Notes under the pieces: generated by a model
What the model saw: the letters and a program-made list of their open reading frames with translations, nothing else
Databases searched by the model: none
What the model was told of the DNA's origin: nothing
Program-made: the position numbers and the translations under genes
Shown: piece by piece, positions 49,244 through 62,180 of the stretch
How the letters are laid out: the number at the start of each line of letters is the position of its first letter
Numbering within the stretch: the stretch's first letter is position 1
Assembly (NCBI GenBank): GCA_907165135.1
Contig: OU015568.1
Span: 15,201,208-15,265,207 of the forward strand
DNA length: 64,000 nucleotides
Direction of reading: 5' to 3'
Source: Oikopleura dioica
Taxonomy: Eukaryota > Animalia > Chordata

Positions 49244-51652
49244 TCAAGAAAATAAGCTTTCAATCAGTGGAGTTGTCACGTCAATAATTGAGAATAAGGC
49301 ACCATTAGCAGGAATAGTACGAATGAGCATTGGAGTTAAGCCGGCGTAGAATCCTCGGAGACCGGATATCCTTAATCATCGTTAACTGAGAATCTGGGTT
49401 AATTTCGGAGAATAATTTTCATTCAAAGTCGTAAAAACTCAAGGATAGAGAAACATAGTCTACCAGGGGTGTTCGCGCTTCAGAGCGATTCCATGATCAA
49501 ATAGACATTCAAGCTTTGTCGGTCTCGCAGCATTTTATTTAAAGACACATAAACGAAAAGTACAGACTAAATGAGCAACTGCATCGCTTTATTATCCTCA
49601 ACTGCATTCCTAGTATTTTTCATTTTATACGGAATCGCTCAAGAAGACATTGTTAAAAGAGAGTTTGGAGACAAAAGAGAAAAATGGAAATTCATGGTGA
49701 CCTTAACCTGGATTACATGCCTCACAAACTGCTTCATATCTATTGTTCTAATCGAATTTTTAACGAAGGTAAAGAAGAGAGATGCGAGTCCACTATCATG
49801 GAATCATTTATTCGCTGGCCTCATTAACTCCTTTGGCCTCATTCTGACGAACATTTCAATGGGTAATTGAGAATATTCAAATATTTTACAAGCAATAAAA
49901 TTTCAGAATACGTTTCATATCCTGCCAAAGTTTTAAGCAAATCTTGTAAGCCAATATCTGTTATTATCTTCACTACTATTTTCACGTCGATGTCGTATTC
50001 AATTACCAGATGGATTTCCGTGATTCTTATAACCATTGGAATCTTGGGATTCTCGATTGATGAGGTCGAGCATAACGAAACATTTGGGAAGAGCAAAAGC
50101 ATGATATTAATTGGCGATCTGATGCTTCTGATTTCGATATTTTGTGATGGACTAACGTCAACATTTCAAGAAAAACTCCGCAAATCGGGTGAAAAACCAA
50201 ACTTCACCGATTGTATTCAGTTGATGTTCGTTATGAACTCTGTGGGAATGGTTGTTAGCTTTTCAATATCGTATTTGACCGGAGAGTTTAATGATTCAAT
50301 GAACTTTGTCTTTGCGAATCCGTCAATGCTCAAATTACTGCTTGCAATCGCCATTCTACAGGGGATCGGTCAAATATTTTTATTCTTCATTATTATCAGC
50401 TACGGAACTTTGTCTGCCTCTATTCTCCAGACGTTGCGCAAGCTTGTTACTATTTTTGGCGCGATTCTGATTTTTAATGACCAATTTGACGTTTTCAAGG
50501 TAAATATGAAAGCTGACCAAAAGACTTATTACGTAAATTGATTGACCATAACATAAACGTTAGATTATTGGCTCTGCTTTGGTTTTTCTTGGAGTCGCAC
50601 TACATATCAGTGGAAAAGAAGAAGTGAAGAAAACGGCGGTCATGGATGCAGAAAACACGATAGAGCTAAATGAAAACAAATGCATGAAATCATTGACTGA
50701 ATCCAGCCCAATACCCGTTTAAAATGGTTCATCTAAAATGTGCTAAATTAATCCGATAAATCTACCTTCACCAAATGCAAACTCTTCAAGCTCAAACAGA
50801 TAATTCGAAATAATATATCAAAAACCTAAAATGATGCCTACCTTTTGATGTCTTTAACACAGTCGACAAAGCGTATTGGATCCTTCGACCCAATAGACAG
50901 AACTTGTTGTCTCGACTTTACCACGTCGATAGGAAGCATGCATAGCCAGTAAGCTCCTCCAGCAAGTCCGCCACTGAGCGCAGCATTGAATCCTGATGAA
51001 AGACTAGTTTGTTGAGCGATAAGATTTTGGCAAAAAGCGAAGCTGTAGAAGAGAACCAAATATCCAGGCATTTCTCGGCCCCAGGTTCCGACCAAGCCAC
51101 GGAAAGGCGCTGTATATCCTTCTGATAAAATCTGGCGCACTGTTGATGTGACGGAAATGCGGCCCTGGAAGTCGAATTTTCCGGATTTTTGCAGCTCGGC
51201 AGTTGCTTGCATTCTGTTTTTAATCATTTCCGTTGGACAGACGGCGATTGACGAGAAAAACGCTGCGCCGGAGCCAGCAATTGCCATCTCAACATTTGAC
51301 AGATCATTTTTGTTCTTTTTCTGGAGAAACGCGACTCCTGCAATCGTCGAGTTGCGGGCTGAGAAGAGAATCGAGTTTTCGGCGCAGTTTGTCAAAAGTG
51401 CTCCAACAGATCCTGCGTAGAGTCCTCTTAGACCTTCTGTTTTGTAAATAGAAACCATGCACCGAGCAAAACCTCCTTTCTGATACAATTCCGGAAAGGT
51501 CTGCATTTTCGTCTTGACTGAATTAGGAAATTTTAGTCTTTGTTGATTTCAGTCTTGCAAAAACCTGTATCAAACGGCTGACCACACGCAACACAGCCAG
51601 CTCCACCAAGAGCACCGGCTATGAATGTACTGGCAAACTCCGTAGCAGACAT
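49244..51652 (-). CDS. SLC25A15: Mitochondrial ornithine carrier (SLC25A15/ORNT-like), 3 exons
   Basis: GQPFDT|VKTKMQTFP, GLRGLYAG...NCAENSILF, CPTEMIKNRMQ, REMPGY and PIDVVKSRQQ. The last exon, 49244-49370, reads R|ISGLRGFYAGLTPMLIRTIPANGALF and is joined across GT-AG intron 49371-50841. Confidence 0.92.
49571..50722 (+). CDS. SLC35B1: SLC35B1-like nucleotide-sugar/ATP-ADP transporter nested in the SLC25A15 intron
   Basis: FFILYGIAQEDI, YVSYPAKVLSKSCKPISV, CDGLTSTFQEKLR, IGQIFLF and LRKLVTIFGAILIF, with multiple TM helices and two short introns. Confidence 0.88.
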
Positions 51653-51703
51653 ATCTAAATGAAAAAAATATAAAGAAGTCATTGTCAGCAGTAGCAGCAT
51701 CTA

Positions 51704-52413
51704 TAGGCTTACCGGACTAAATTTCAGCCATTTTTTCTAGCTTAATTTAGCAGTAATATGGCCTATCTTTGGAAAGCCCAAGACCTGGGCTTTCATTTGG
51801 TACCCATATCGAGGGGGTTAGGTTATGCCCGCAAGGCAATTTTTGAGGCTGGAAGTACAAAAATAGGCACTAGAACTCTTGCATCAAATTTTTCGATGCA
51901 TTTAGGCGATCTAGAACATTCGACAGTCGGTTTGTTAGAAAGCTCAAACTCTGAGCTTTCTATAGAGCCCAAGAAATCTAGCTGCCAACGGGTTTATGAA
52001 AATCAATAATCAATTTTAATACCTATTTCCCCCCATTTTTGCCACTTTTTTGTGGAATTGTCTCTAATTTTAGCGAAATTTTGGCAACAAAATTGGACGT
52101 CTAGCGCTCGCTGGAGGCCACAGACCGACTGGCAGCTAGATTTTTTGGGCTCTATAGAAAGCTCAGAGTATGAGCTTTCTTATTATTTGACTGTCGAATG
52201 CTCTTGATCTCCTAAATGCATCGAAAAATTTGATGCAAGAGTTCTAGTGCCTATTTTTGTACTTCCAGCCTCAAAAATTGCCTTGCGGGCATAACCTAAC
52301 CCCCTCGATATGGGTACCAAATGAAAGCCCAGGTCTTGGGCTTTCCAAAAATAGGCCATATTACTGCTAAATTAAGCTAGAAAAAATGGCTGAAATTTAG
52401 TCCGGTAAGCCTA
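51704..52413. mobile_element. Foldback hAT-type MITE (710 bp; 284-bp inverted arms, 142-bp spacer)
   Basis: 51704-51987 is a near-perfect reverse complement of 52130-52413, with termini TAGGCTTACCGG...CCGGTAAGCCTA. A perfect 8-bp TSD, AGCATCTA, sits at 51696-51703 and 52414-52421. Confidence 0.95.
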
Positions 52414-52515
52414 AGCATCTATCTTTTGAGTGATAATTTGAAGACGGAAAAGACAGGAGCGAATAGTTTAAGGTTGATCAGCACAATTTTGTTTCTACAA
52501 ATTGAAGAGCGAATT

Positions 52516-54026
52516 CTAGGAGGTAAGGTGACTTCTTATGTGAAGGAATTTTTCAAGAGGCTGAAATTTCAATGAAAAAATGATAAAAAAGAAGGATAAC
52601 TCACTTTGTCTGGTGGAAAAATTTGAGGACAATGGGCGCACATGTCGAAACTTCTGCCGGCGCAGGAAACTGCGTGAAGAAGGAGGGCGCTTTCGTCCTT
52701 GAAGGTTGCACTGCATTTCATGCAATTGTACTCTGGATAACAATGTTCTATTTCGTAGTGATCTACTAATTGTCCTAAAAAACGGTTGATCCATCAATAG
52801 AAATAGTTTCGAAAACCTTTAGCTGGAAATCGTTTTATACAAATACCACACTGGTAAGGGTTAGCATTGAGCGATAATGAAATTTCTCTCAATTTTTGAA
52901 GTTGAAAGGCGCTAATTTGTTTCAAGTACTCTTCGACCTAAAGACGCAAGATTGTTTCAACGAAGATAAACAAAATGTTTTATTTACAATGTCGCTTTGT
53001 AAATTTGATTTTGCTCGCTTTTCATCTGGCGAATTCGATCGAGAGCTACTTGAATAGGGTCGTTTCATTGAATTTGTATCTGGCGTTGAGCAGCCTGATC
53101 CGATGCTTGTTCTGCTATCGTTTACCTAGCGAGCTAATAAGAATAGAGATTGCGGAAGAGTTGCTTACAGATTCGTCTAGCGGCTCCTTTTTGATCTTTT
53201 CTTCCGTTGATTTGAAGGCGTTGGAGACTTCGAAATTGAACTCGTGGCGACGCTCGTAATGCTCCGAGTTTATATGTTTCCGATAAGAAGATGGATGGAC
53301 GTAGACTTTCTAAAGTAAAAAGCTCTTTGATGAAAGAGAAAAGAAAATTTATTAATAAAGATATTTATCGAACCTGGCAGTTCTCTACAGGACAGTGAAA
53401 GGTGCCGATATTATGCGCATGAGCGTGCTTCTTTCTATCGGACGAGTTCGTGAAGCGCTTGCCACAACCGTTGTATTTGCACAAGAACGGTTTGTCGCCC
53501 GTGTGGATGCGCGTGTGAATTCGCATGTTCTCAACGCGCGCAAATCGCTTTCTACAGTCGCCGATTTCGCAGCGAAAGGGCCGCTCGCCAGTGTGCGTTC
53601 TGTAATGATTGACGAGCTTGTAGCCGGCGCCGAAGCCGCTTTTGAAGCGAGAGCATCCGGCCCAGGAGCAATTGTTCGTTTCAGTTGCATCTCTTCAAAG
53701 GCGGTCAATAAATCAGGACGGGAAAAAGGAGCTTACCTTTCCAAATGTGATTTGCTGTGTTCCACGAACGCAGACATCAGGGAATGCTCTTCGTTACAAA
53801 TAAGATCTTCCGGAACATTCTTATGATCAACAACAGCCGATCTATCCTTTACCCACTTGCACACAAAGTATCCATGTTCATAATCATGCTCTTCTTTTGC
53901 CCAGTCGATAAAGTCTTCTTCAGTTATTTCTTCGCCAGCGTCGTATTCCGTTTTTTCGGTAGCCGATTTGGAATTTTCATTTTGAAAGAAATCGCTGTTT
54001 GTCAATTGCTGCGGCACGCTTTCCAT
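52516..54026 (-). CDS. ZIC-like: Zic-family zinc-finger transcription factor with three additional C-terminal zinc fingers
   Basis: CKWV...C...H, CSWAGC...[36 protein letters not shown] and [10 protein letters not shown] give the 5 Zic-type fingers. In-frame splicing then continues to [10 protein letters not shown]...[15 protein letters not shown]...HAVSC and CAHC...FLHIRSH. Confidence 0.88.
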
Positions 54027-54248
54027 CTTTCCGTTATTCTTTACTACGATTCAGAATTTCATTTCTGCAGATTCAAAATCGACCGTTCACTTTCTCTGAA
54101 AAAGAAAGGCATGTCAACTTCTTTTGAAAAATAGAAAAAATTCTTTACAAAGAATAATAATAAAATAAAAAGTAAGAAAAGATTGAGAGATTCGATTTTT
54201 TTTGCTTGCATGAGGTAAGAGGCAGTTGGACAATTACAAAAACAGAGG

Positions 54249-57200
54249 TTATTTGATGCCGAAAATGGCGGCGAGACGCCGGGTTTGGGTTGAATTCAGT
54301 GGCTTCGTCATCGTTCTTGGTGGTCTATCGATAGCGCGTTCGTACGAAAGAGCTTCGATTTCTTCTTGCGCAGTTGCCAGGGCTCGTTCAGCAATAGAAG
54401 GCATTCCTGAAAACGATTTAGTCAAGGGTTTCTCTAAAAATATACCTGAAGCCGTTGGAATAACGTCAGAATCGCCACTTCTCCCACTCAACGGTTGTGT
54501 TAAAGGATCCGACTGCGTTTGCGATTTTTGCGACAGGTTGGAAATATTTCCAAGATTTTCCACAAAAGTGTCTTCGATGTCCGTATCTTGAAGATGTGTT
54601 GGATCCAGTTCGATTCTGGAATCAACGCAGTCTTCTGAAGTCGACTTCGGCTCAGTGGTTTCATCCTGCGAGTGGTTGAAATTTATCGAACTGTTCTTTG
54701 ATGAATCCAGTGAGCGGGAATCACTATCTCGTCGCTTGGAATCTTCTCTTGGCGAATCTTCAAGATCCTTTGACTTTCGTAGCCATTTGATATCCAGGGG
54801 AGCATCCAAATCGTCGATTTCGTCCACCTCTTCAACACTTTTAACAGATTGAGAATCGAACGTGATCTTTTCCGCCTGAGAATTTCGACTTTGGCTCAAC
54901 TCTCCATCGACTGTCGTTAGACTACGTTCTTCATCCTCGTTTTCACTGGCGGACCAGATCGAAGTCTGGTCAGGATTCTTGCCCATGGACTCGTTCAGTT
55001 CTGAACGGAGCTTTCTCGATGCATCGATATTCTCTTGCACGGAGGTCATAGAAGCGGAGAATTCGCGAACCATAGCTTCGATCTTTGCATCAGACTCTCC
55101 ATCATCGTCTCCAAGAGTTGAAACATCGTCAATCGGTGAGTTTTCATCTTCATCGTCGATTCTCGTCGAGCTACAAAATTTTTGACATAGAATTTTTGAA
55201 CGCTAAACCTGAGTGGATTCGATGTTGATTTTGACGCCTCTGAAATCTCTTTCGCCGAGTTGAGAATAAGCGGCTCGACGAAATTCTCCTCGTCGGAACA
55301 ATCCAAGTCCGAAAGTTTTTCCGAGGAACTAGCTTCTTCATTAACATGTTGATCCAATGCTAAGCTGACTTTTCTGACTGAGATGTCGATCTGTTGACTT
55401 TTGAATTCTGCAATTCTGAGCATATGATCCTGATCGTGAGCTTGTTCATTGTCAAATGCGCTCGCGGTCGGGGTTATTTGCGTGCCGACATTTTCTGTCA
55501 CAGTTTGTGCTGTTTGAGATCTCAAAGTACTGAACAGTTTGATTTTAGATTTATTTATTCAATTTTGCAGTGATCTAAACCTTTGTTTAGATTTTACAGT
55601 ATTGACGAGGTCTTCAAGGGCTTTGAGCTGGTCTTGGAGCGCTTTGGAAGTTGATGACATTTTTTCAGGAGCACATTGAAGCTTTTGTTCGAGGGAGATC
55701 GACTTTTTGGGTTGCACGAAAACTCGCGGACTAGTAGCAGGAGCAATACCGAGCTTCATTTGGCCGATCGACTCCCCTGATACAGAGCGAACAGTGTACC
55801 AACCATTGACGCATGGAAAACCGCATTTCAAAGTGTGCATATGGACTTCGATCCATCCAAATTCTCGGCTCTTTAGAAGAATATTAACCCCTTCGAAAGC
55901 AAAGAAAATTACCTGGATATCCTTCAAATCGGTACTTTCAGTAATACTGGCTGCGCAGCTGTAAAGCTTGAACATTATCGATTCCGGAAGATTTTCATCC
56001 AAATAGCAAGCTTGTTGAAAATTCCAGACCCCATCACTCGACCATTCTGTTGTCAGATTTCCCTCGACAGTGTCCACTGAGACGCTCAATAATCGATCTC
56101 CACCGATTGCAAGATTAGTGACTTTTTCAATAGAAATAAGGCACTGAAGACCTGGAATTGGCCGCTGAAAAGCCTGACTCTCCGAAGGTTGTGGCTCGAT
56201 CGGTGGTGGAGGGAGCTCTTCTTGCTCTTGCTCTGCTGATTCTGATGAGATACTTTCAGCTATCAGTGTCTGGTGAAAACTCTCTTGCTTGGCGATTTCC
56301 GATTTCAAATCTGATCGCACATTTTTTAGTTGGTCAAGCTGGACAGAAGTTCCCGCAGCAAGAAGAACCGACAAGTAGCCTCGTATTTGTTCGGATGAAA
56401 TGTCACGTAAAGGGATCTTTCCATCGGCCATTATCATTGGATATTTTGGAGAACAGAGTTGAGCATAGCCTCCAGTTAGAATGCTAGACAATCCACTTGT
56501 TGTTATCCGGCCAAGACCGAGGAATTTATCACCCTAAAAAGAAATCCTAACAAATATCCAAAGAGAAAAACTACCTGTTCAGCTGTAGCACACCAGCACT
56601 CAAATGCAAACATAGAGGACTGCAGTAGCTGAAGTTCAGAGCCAAGAACGGGCCGTGTCCACTCAGCCAAGTGATTAAATTGAGGATTATTTGTGCGCTC
56701 GCCAACGCGGCAGCTGATCTGTTCTTCAAGCAATGGAGAGCGAACGCGGATTTCTGGCAAAGGAGCAGTCGGCTCCCCAGGTCCTTCGCGAACATCGGGA
56801 ATACTGTCGGCAAATTTGACCCAAAGAAGGAATGAAATAGGGAAGGAAGTTTCGATGGAATGTGATTGAACGCTAGGCGCAGGGTCGGAGTACAGCTGAA
56901 GTGGCTCTGTAGGCTGGCCAAAGTCTTGAGAAGATCTAAAATCAACGTCAAAAACTGGATACTTCGAAAAACCGACCGATGAGAAATAGGGCCAGCGGAA
57001 ACAGAGGGAACCGACTGCTGATGATTAATTTGGCGTCCAGTTGTATTCATTGATCTAGGAGTGTTTTCTGGCGCGACCATTGAAGAGATATCACGGGTTG
57101 ATTGAGCTTCCTCTCGTTTGACAATCATGACAGCGAGGCGGAGAATATAGCCTTGAATTTCAACCTCGATATAATCCAGCTCATTTGTGAATCCAGACGT

Positions 57201-58931
57201 ATCAATAAGAACCGTTTCAATTTTACTGAATTTTTGTCGATATTTCGAGCGCTAAAATATTTTATTGAACATGTTGCTTCAAAACAAGCTTACTTGGTAA
57301 ATTGAAATTTCAACGGGAGCAGTAACATTCATCGTTGACTTGTATTTTCGCTTCGTTTTGAAAAGAATCTTTCCGGAACGCGTCTTATTTGAAATGAACC
57401 GACATTTTTCAAGCTGTTCTGTTTTGTCCCGCGCTTCTGTCCAGTTGAAGCCGAGCTCAACGCAGTAATGATCTTCGATTTCACGAAGACTATTCGACGG
57501 AGGGGGCCTTCCCTTCTTCCTTGGGAGGACTAGCTCTACCACTTCAAGCTCAAGCGATTCTCCTTTTTTCAGCCAAATATCTTCATCGACAGCTTTTGGT
57601 GGCGAAACATCAGGTGGGAGCTCTTCCATGCTTTTGCTTTTCGGCCGATTGATTCGATAAATTTGGTCGAGGATTTCCTCGTCGAGGAGTGAGCCACACT
57701 CGCTGGGAACATAATCAACGGACACTTCCAAATCTTCAAGTTGATTTCCCAGGACGAGTTCGGTCAATTTCTTGGACTGATAATTTTGAGTATTTGCGCA
57801 AGAAGTTGTAACTTGGCGATTGAGCTGGGGAACATTGTGCGTTGCTTGGTTTGATCTGTAATTGACATTTGGAATGTGAAAGTTTTCTTTATTCTGAGAA
57901 AAGTAAGTAGCGTTATTTTGCTCGAGTCGAAGTGGCTGCATAATATCAGCAATATCAGGGAGTGGAGGAATGTACAATTTAACTTCAGGAAGGTGCTTTG
58001 CCTGTCCGAGATTTGAAGGAATTTGCATTTTGGGACACTCTTGCGTTGGGGCTTCGAATTGAACAGTTTGCACTTCGATGGGTTGTGTTTTTTGGCTTGA
58101 TTCGGGAGTGAGATTGATTTCGTTTGTCGGTAGGATTGTTTGAGTTTTGTCGGAGAAATTAACGGCGAATTTCGAAGATGCATCGTAAGTTGAAGCGACG
58201 TTTTGATGCATCTGAGTTTGAACGCTTTCTGTTCTTTCTAGCAGTCGATCGATCGACGCTGCGATCTCTTTGATATTCGGAGCGCCCGGATCGTCTTTTT
58301 TCCCCTTCTTTTTGTTCTGTTTTGGGGACTTGCCTCTTGGAGAAGCTCTTTTCTTTGACCCTGATCGCGAGCGAGGGCATGATCTGGACCTGGATCTGCT
58401 GGACCCAGATGAAGACCTTGCCCTTCGTCGCAGTCCAACAAGTTCCAAGGACACGGGGAGTCGTCCAAGTCGATATCCTTCGACGGCATCGCGAATTTGG
58501 ACAGTTTCCTTTACTGGATTGTTTTCGGATAGCCTTTTTATCCCTGGAAGTGCAGCTGCGCCGATGATATCTCCGTGTTTGTCATAGAGACTCAACGTCA
58601 TCGTGCCCATATCAGTAAGGTAGCATTGGAGCTAAAGGAGAGAATAAAAATTAAGTTTAATAAAGTGCAAATTTACCGCTTTCTGAGGCCGCCTGATAGC
58701 ATAACTGGTGGTAGTCTTCCTCGTCGTCGATAGAGGCAAATCGACGCCGTCGTTTTTCTCACCCCACCATTGAACCGTCACTGCATGTCTATCCTCATTG
58801 TGCGGTTTGTACGAATGCAGGGGGTTCCATTCAACCGGTCCAAGAGTCAATTGCAAGTTGTTCCTTGTCCTGCCGGGGCACTGCGGCGGAAGTGACAAAT
58901 TCGATTTTATTTTTATCACTGGAAGAGGCAT
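54249..58931 (-). CDS. C2CD3: C2 domain-containing protein 3 (distal centriole protein), multi-exon
   Basis: The N-terminus SLPPQCPG...VTVQWWGEKNDG...TTTSYAIRRPQK|FSSYLTDMGTMTL...LGRLPVSLEL resembles the C2CD3 N-terminal C2 domain. Further C2-like segments follow (NGWYTVRSVSGESIGQMKLGIAP), then an acidic/coiled-coil tail. Confidence 0.85.
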
Positions 58932-59026
58932 TTGCACATTTCTGAAGAGGTAAAAATTCAAGATTCTTTTTTCGAATTCGAAGGGGCGAATGAAAGACAG
59001 ACAGAATCAAGTTGGCAGTTGTTAAA

Positions 59027-60560
59027 TTAGTCTAAAACGATAGGTTCTCCTTCTTTCGTGGCGGCGACTTTTTCGGCGATTTCTGCTTTTTCCCGTTCAG
59101 CTTGGATTTTCGCTTCTGCAGCTTTTACTGCAGCACTGTTTATGTGATCTCGATACCAAGTAGGGAGGAAAAAGGTTTCTTCAAAGAAGTTAAAGAAGAA
59201 TTGTGACCGAAAATGGAACCTTTTTGCTGATCAGGGTCAAATGTGAAACAAACACCTTCCCATTCTGGATTCCATTCAAAAACGTAAGTGCAGTCGTCGA
59301 CTTTAGCCATCACATCTCTTACGAACGTCAAAAAGCGCTCAAGAAAACCGAGCATAGTCTAGAATAATTCATAAGAAAACAGGAAAATGGCCATTTCTTA
59401 CGCTTGGTTTCCAAGAATACGCTTCAAGAGCAGCTTGACGGGGCATAGATTGCGTTTCGATAATGTCCAAATTAGTCACAAATCCTCTATCGTCACGGAA
59501 AGCGGTCATGACCCGAGGGATGCCGGCGAGGAAGGACTGCGCCCACCATTTGCTCAATTTGTATTTTCTAAAGACTTCTTTTCTTTGTTTGTCTTTCAGC
59601 TCGCGTTGTGTTTTGATTTCGATGAAGTTCGACGGCGACGCGAATTTCTTATTTCAATTGTCAAAGTCTTCGTTCAAGATTCTAGACTATAATTTCTAGT
59701 ACTCCTAACCTGAGGATCAAGAGTGTGATCGACGCAGTCAACTTCAGCTCCATACATAAGTTGAATCTGCCCAAGCTGACTTCTGAAGACGCTGACGTAC
59801 TCACTATTTTCATTCACCGGTTCTTCAGGTCTTGGCGGACCGCCGGGTGTATTAGCTGTTAGAAATGTCTCAACCTTGCGTCCCCAGTAAATCGTCTTTT
59901 TGACCCAGTGTGGAAGCGATTCCAGGTCGGCGTGCTGCTCTTCTGTCTTGTACTCGCATAAGTAAATGGTCCCTTTGTGTTTGATGGCGAGGATGTTCCA
60001 TTGCGTTTTGTTGTCGAAAGGAGCATTCATGATTTTCGTCAGCACCCCTCTCCAAGTCACTACATGCGGCTGCGGAACTCCTTCGCCCGAAACTACGAAA
60101 CTTCTGCTCATAAAACTCCCTCAAGTGCAAATAGTAAACCTTTATCCCAATGAAGCGTCGCCCATCTGAGCAAATTATCGAGTCCCTCGAAATGTTTCTC
60201 GTCCTTTTTGACGTTATTCGGGTCATGCATTCCGTTGTTCAAGTTAAAATTTGGCCTTCTCATTTTTTGATTGAATTTATTCACAGGAGGTGCAAAATAT
60301 TTCAGCTCGGAATCGTCGTCTTTGAATTTGCGCTCCCCATCGATCGAGAAATGACCAACTTTTCTCGGCCGGTTGAACTTTCCAAGGGCTGAAATCAAGG
60401 AGGAATAATCATTTGATTGCTTGAAAGAAAAACCTTTATTCTGGCCTTTGGAAATGGAGTAGACTTCTTGCATACAGTTGAAGGAGTGCGGAAAGTACTG
60501 AGTGTTGGTAATCGGGGACGTCCCTTGTGGAATCTTCGCTGGGCCAGGTTCTAGCGACAT
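59027..60560 (-). CDS. DXO: DXO/Dom3Z/Rai1 decapping exoribonuclease
   Basis: VGHFSID, LDNLLRW, VVTWRGVLTKIM, YWGRKVE, LMYGAEVDC, KWWAQSFLAGIPRVMTAFRD and FFLPTWY. Confidence 0.93.
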
Positions 60561-62180
60561 TCTAGCAAAATCTAATAGAGAGAAAGGTGGCAAATACGAG
60601 AGCTTTCGTCAGATAAGGTCGCCAAGGTTTGAGGAAATTTCCATCCGGCGTCGTGATTTCTAAGGCCACGTGTCTATTGAATATCCACAAGTCTAGTCAG
60701 AGATTTTCAAAACCAATACTCCAAAAAGTGAACAAATAATCTTGCCAGTGGCAATTCTAATCTAATTTCTAGCGCGCCACAACTGTAAGTAGAATTGATA
60801 TATCCTGAGTGTTGTGACTACGCAAAAAAATTCAAAGGGCACCCATCACGAGGACGAAAATTTGACCCAAGGCCAATAAGGGGATAATAAAAAACAAACG
60901 CCGGGTTCAGCACAATCAAACATCATCAAGATCGACGATTATTCTAGCGCGGCACTAGAATTATACACACACATTTTGATTTTTTTCTCGCTTTGGTGGA
61001 GTTGGTAAACTCATTTCTAAGGAAATTTGGGATCTTCAGGGAGCAGAAAAGAATTGCTAATTAGCTTATAATAACAGTAAGTGTGAGCACAGTCCCAATT
61101 CTTATGAATTTTTTGATAAAAAGAAAACAAACTGGGTTCTGCACTCTGTGTAGAAAATCTGATTCAGGTTCTGAAAGAGTTTAAAACAAAGTCGCGAAAC
61201 GGATTTTAACTTATGCACTTTCGAACCTGACTCAGGTTTTCGACACAGGTTGCCGGGTCTAGACCGGAAACATTTTGGCCTTAGAGATTTTTCAAAGAAT
61301 TTTATTCGAAAATAAAAAGAATTTTCCGGGTCATGAACTTTCCGACTAAATTTTTCGTGTCGAATTAATTTAGGGTCTAAATATTTTATCAAAATAAAAG
61401 TAAGTTCACCAAATTCCCCCGTGACGTCATAACCGCCAACGAGGCAGGTCTCGCGAATTTGAATCTGGCTGGTGGGGCCAATCTGTGCACGCTACTGTGT
61501 TCTCTTTCTTTCATCTTGATGAGTGCAAAGAGCGTCGCCAAATTCGCGCCCAGATTGGCCCCTCCGCGCTGATTCATCGTCCGTTGATTTTCCAACGAGC
61601 GCCTTTTCAAACTCGCCCCATTCGAAAATCGATAGTCTTTGAAGAGACCCACCTTTCGAATTTTTCAGAACCCGAAAATCAGCGCTAGAAAAACTGTAAG
61701 TATCGAAACAAGGAAGGAATTTGTGGCTCATCCGCCCACGCTGGATGGAAAAGTCTGCACACGGCGGCGGGGCAAGCTTCTTTCTTTCATTCACTAAAAG
61801 CGCCAAATCAAGAGAACACGCAAATAATTTTTTTTATTTTTTGTGAAAAAGAGAAGCTTCCTTTCAATTTATTATCAATTTTGATTTATGTTTTTAAGTA
61901 TTTTTAACTAATTAGAGAAATTAATGATCAATCTTAATCACTGGTTATCATAAAATTTACCGGTCATATTATTGAAAAACATTTTTGTAGAAAATGTAGT
62001 AGCCGCATGCGGCTTTGAGCGACAAACGAAGAAAATCGCGCTTCTCGATAATTATCATTTTCTAGCGCGCTAAAAATTCCCTTTTTCCCTCTTTCTACTT
62101 TCCCTCTTCTCCATTTCTTCAGATTCTCATCATCTGACTATTCCCTTTTCAGATTTTAATTTCTGTCCGTTTCACATTGA

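Noticed and set aside
61440-61560. E2F-like TTCGCGCC and CCAAT boxes ~600 bp upstream of the p53-like gene
   Set aside because: Short motifs are expected by chance in CpG-rich promoter DNA and are not supportable without conservation data.
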